Of a DNA stretch of 28,226 bases, positions 25,974-28,226 are shown piece by piece (positions within the stretch are counted from its first letter, which is position 1; each line of letters opens with the position of its first letter). The notes beneath the pieces were generated by a model. The model was not told the origin of the DNA. It searched no databases and worked only from the letters and a program-made list of their open reading frames with translations. This DNA comes from Promethearchaeota archaeon (GTDB lineage: Archaea > Asgardarchaeota > Odinarchaeia > Odinarchaeales > JBHLKK01). The DNA is taken from assembly GCA_048939465.1 (NCBI GenBank), contig JBHLPL010000010.1, positions 1 to 28,226 of the forward strand. Direction: 5' to 3'. A program made the translations under genes and the position numbers.

Positions 25974-27281
25974 CTCTTTCTCCGCAAAAAGACTCCATCC
26001 GAGAGGTGGTGATGAATTGAGTTGTCTTTAAATGATTTCTTGATGATTAAATCTTGGACGAACTTAAAAAATCCCGGAAATAGGTTTGAGAGATGAACCG
26101 CACCTACAAATATCGCTTATACCCGACCAAACAACAAGAGACTCTTCTTACTCAATGGCTTAATACCTGCCGTGCGTTGTACAACAACTCGCTTGCAGAG
26201 CGAAGGCAAGCGTGGAAGACTAGCAAAAGAACAGTCACTTACACTGAGCAGGCCAACCAACTGAAAACCGCAAAGAAGACCAATCCACACTTAAGGAAGG
26301 TTCACTCACAGGTTCTTCAAGATATTCTAAGAAGACTTGACAAAACCTTCAAGAACTTTTTCAAACGGATCAAAATGGGAGAAAAGGCAGGCTATCCACG
26401 ATTCAAAGGAAAAAACAGGTATGATTCCTTCACCTATCCCCAAAGCGGCTTTGCCCTCAAAAAGAAGAAGCTTACCCTATCAAAGATCGGTAAAGTAAAC
26501 ATTAGACATCACCGTCCTATCCCGTCTGAAGGAAATATCAAGACCTGCACGATTAGGCGTGACATAGACCACTGGTACGCGTGCTTTTCTGTTGAACTTC
26601 CCGAGGTCAAACCTTCCACCACACCTTTTCTACGAGAAGTGAGACAGATTGGTGTGGACGTTGGACTTAAGAACTTGTTGGCACTAAGCAGTGGTGAGAT
26701 TGTAGAGAATCCACGCTGGTTTAGAAGGACTGAAAAAAAGCTGGCGAAAGAACAAAGGAGTCTCTCACGCAAAGAGAAGAGGTCAAATAACCGTGAAAAG
26801 CAGCGGATCAAGGTGGGACAATTACACAGAAAGGTGCGCAATCGGAGAAATGACTTCCACCACAAGATTAGTAGAGAGTTGGTCAACACATACGACCTGA
26901 TCGTGTTTGAGAATTTGACGATCAAAAACATGGTAAAGAATCCACATCTTGCCAAGTCCATTGCTGACGCAGGGTGGGGACAGTTGATACGGTTTACCCA
27001 GTACAAAGCGGAGGAAGCTGGTACGCGGGTGGAGTGTGTCAATCCGAGGGGTACAACCCAAATCTGTAGTAGGTGTGGGAGTGTTGTTTCAAAAACCCTT
27101 GCAGTACGCGTTCATGAGTGTCCCTATTGTGAGCTCACGCTGGATAGGGATGTTAATTCTGCGATAAATATTCTGAACCGATCGCCTTCAGGGCAGGAAC
27201 TGCCCGTAGGGCCTGTAAGACATATCCCGTTGGGGAATGGATGAAACAGGAAGCTCCATCCGAAAGGGCGGGGCAGTTCAC
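25974..27281 (+). mobile_element. IS200/IS605-family element, tnpB-only (IS1341-like), 1308 bp
   Basis: TTTAT target 25969-25973; left-end hairpin CTCCATCC-GAGA-GGTGG with AAGA at +16..+19; right-end hairpin CTCCATCC-GAAA-GGGCGGGG preceded by GAAG; terminal TCAC. Confidence 0.9.
26093..27244 (+). CDS. tnpB: RNA-guided endonuclease TnpB
   Basis: N-terminal YKYRLYPT, RuvC GVDVG / VFENL / DRDVNSAINI (D-E-D intact), Zn finger CSRC/CPYC. Confidence 0.95.
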   Translation: MNRTYKYRLYPTKQQETLLTQWLNTCRALYNNSLAERRQAWKTSKRTVTYTEQANQLKTAKKTNPHLRKVHSQVLQDILRRLDKTFKNFFKRIKMGEKAGYPRFKGKNRYDSFTYPQSGFALKKKKLTLSKIGKVNIRHHRPIPSEGNIKTCTIRRDIDHWYACFSVELPEVKPSTTPFLREVRQIGVDVGLKNLLALSSGEIVENPRWFRRTEKKLAKEQRSLSRKEKRSNNREKQRIKVGQLHRKVRNRRNDFHHKISRELVNTYDLIVFENLTIKNMVKNPHLAKSIADAGWGQLIRFTQYKAEEAGTRVECVNPRGTTQICSRCGSVVSKTLAVRVHECPYCELTLDRDVNSAINILNRSPSGQELPVGPVRHIPLGNG

Positions 27282-27301
27282 ATAAGAGTCTTGACTCTCT
27301 T
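27187..27301 (+). ncRNA. Putative omega/reRNA 3' scaffold plus guide of the tnpB element (5' boundary uncertain)
   Basis: Overlaps the tnpB 3' end and right end; GGGCAG-GAA-CTGCCC hairpin; conserved with 18616-18709. Confidence 0.7.
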
Positions 27302-27409
27302 CTCCAGTTTTCACAACGGAAACTAAATCTTGATTAATGAGCAAAACCTTGTTATGATAACTTGAACCTACCGATAGTCTCAATATCCTATGCGTTACGG
27401 GGCGATTCC

Positions 27410-27730
27410 TTGTCAAGACGTGGCCGATCGAATAGACGTATCCGAAAGATTGCAGAGGAGAGAATGAAAATACTACTTAGGAAGGCAGAAAGAGCAGTCG
27501 AGAATAGGAAAAGAGTTCAACGATACGTAGAGATCGCGAGAAGAATAGGAAGAAAATGCAAAGTCAGAATGCCTTCAGAGTGGCGTAGACGCATATGCAG
27601 GGGCTGCAACTCCTTTCTTCAACCAGGTGTTAGTTGTAGAGTGCGTCTGAGACAAAGACGTGAAGCGCACGTAGTAGTCACATGCTTGATCTGTGGAAGA
27701 AGAACAAGGTTCTTGACGAAAAGAGAGTAG
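27410..27730 (+). CDS. rnp4: Ribonuclease P protein component 4 (Rpp21); likely TTG 27410 (track start 27362)
   Basis: IAEERM..L, RYV.IARRI, ICRGCNSFL.PG, VTCLICG...R. Confidence 0.92.
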   Translation: MSRRGRSNRRIRKIAEERMKILLRKAERAVENRKRVQRYVEIARRIGRKCKVRMPSEWRRRICRGCNSFLQPGVSCRVRLRQRREAHVVVTCLICGRRTRFLTKRE

Positions 27731-27932
27731 TAGAAGGATGAAACTAAGGGTGAGAAGTATCCTATGAATGCAAGACCGGCGTACCTTCATGGATTTGGAA
27801 GGCCTTAGTATCTGTGGGTCCGCCTCTCCATTCATTGGAAATAGGCTCACTGCCGATAAAGTTAAAAAGCAATAAACTACTATTTTTTCAAACCAACCGT
27901 CATTACACTGTCCATGCCTGTTGGTGTCGGTT

Positions 27933-28226
27933 ATGACTACAGTATTTGATGTCCCAGCAGATACGCTCATTAGAGAAGTCGCCAAAATATTGAAAAAAGA
28001 TTATGAGCAAGTCACACCACCTTCGTGGGCATCCTACGTAAAGACAGGGTCCCACAAAGAAAGAGCTGTTGAAAATCCTGAGTGGTGGTTTGTTCGTTGT
28101 GCTTCCATTCTTAGAAAGGTTTACCTAACATATCCTATAGGTGTCTCAAGATTAAGAACGACCTACGGTGGAAGAAAACGTAAGGGAAGTCGTCCGGAGC
28201 ATTTCCGTAAGGGAAGCGGAGCAATC
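27933..28226 (+). CDS. rps19e: 30S ribosomal protein S19e, cut off by the window end (absent from the ORF track)
   Basis: My translation: MTTVFDVPADTLI...PPSWASYVKTGSHKER...WWFVRCASILRKVY...IGVSRLRTTYGG...GSGAI. Confidence 0.95.
   Translation, partial: MTTVFDVPADTLIREVAKILKKDYEQVTPPSWASYVKTGSHKERAVENPEWWFVRCASILRKVYLTYPIGVSRLRTTYGGRKRKGSRPEHFRKGSGAI

Noticed and set aside
27731-27932. 200-bp gap between rnp4 and rps19e where yhbY often sits; one frame reads PFIGNRLTADKVKKQ*
   Set aside because: Similarity to YhbY is too weak to call a pseudogene.
325-27985. Numerous antisense or overlapping ORFs in the track (e.g. 325-666, 4611-5021, 5198-5692, 13159-13428, 26509-27042, 27575-27985)
   Set aside because: They are shadows of well-supported genes on the opposite strand or in another frame, with no recognisable motifs.
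1-28226. CRISPR array, rRNA, SRP RNA or RNase P RNA
   Set aside because: No regularly spaced repeats or diagnostic conserved motifs were seen.

Overview
Archaeal chromosomal window, most like a TACK- or Asgard-type genome; the lineage cannot be fixed from sequence alone. It is mostly conserved informational and housekeeping genes: dim2-rio1-aIF1A, nmd3-DUF424-aIF2beta-RPA2, metG, rpl37e-Sm-PUA, sepF, aCPSF1-psmB, egsA, FKBP, modE-mop-HAD-ftr, a LysM-like Lrp opposite a DapL-like aminotransferase, nep1, rnp4 and a partial rps19e. Four tRNA genes, Gly(GCC), Val(GAC), Ala(GGC) and Gly(TCC), together carry six BHB-type introns, four at non-canonical positions (45/46 and 59/60). The main discovery is a pair of IS200/IS605 relatives. 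One is a 1308-bp tnpB-only element (25974-27281). The other is an ORF-less 221-bp miniature (18489-18709) that keeps both ends and an 85%-identical omega-RNA-like scaffold with a different guide. Both follow TTTAT, and both rejoined empty sites read TTTAT|AT, resembling archaeal TATA boxes. Other leads are a MetRS with altered active-site motifs, tRNA-Gly introns that fit each other's anticodon better than their own, a perfect 24-bp palindrome upstream of metG, a Ptr2/LysM-type operator, and an FtsX-like permease remnant broken by one TGA. All alignments and folds were done by eye; no database searches were run.
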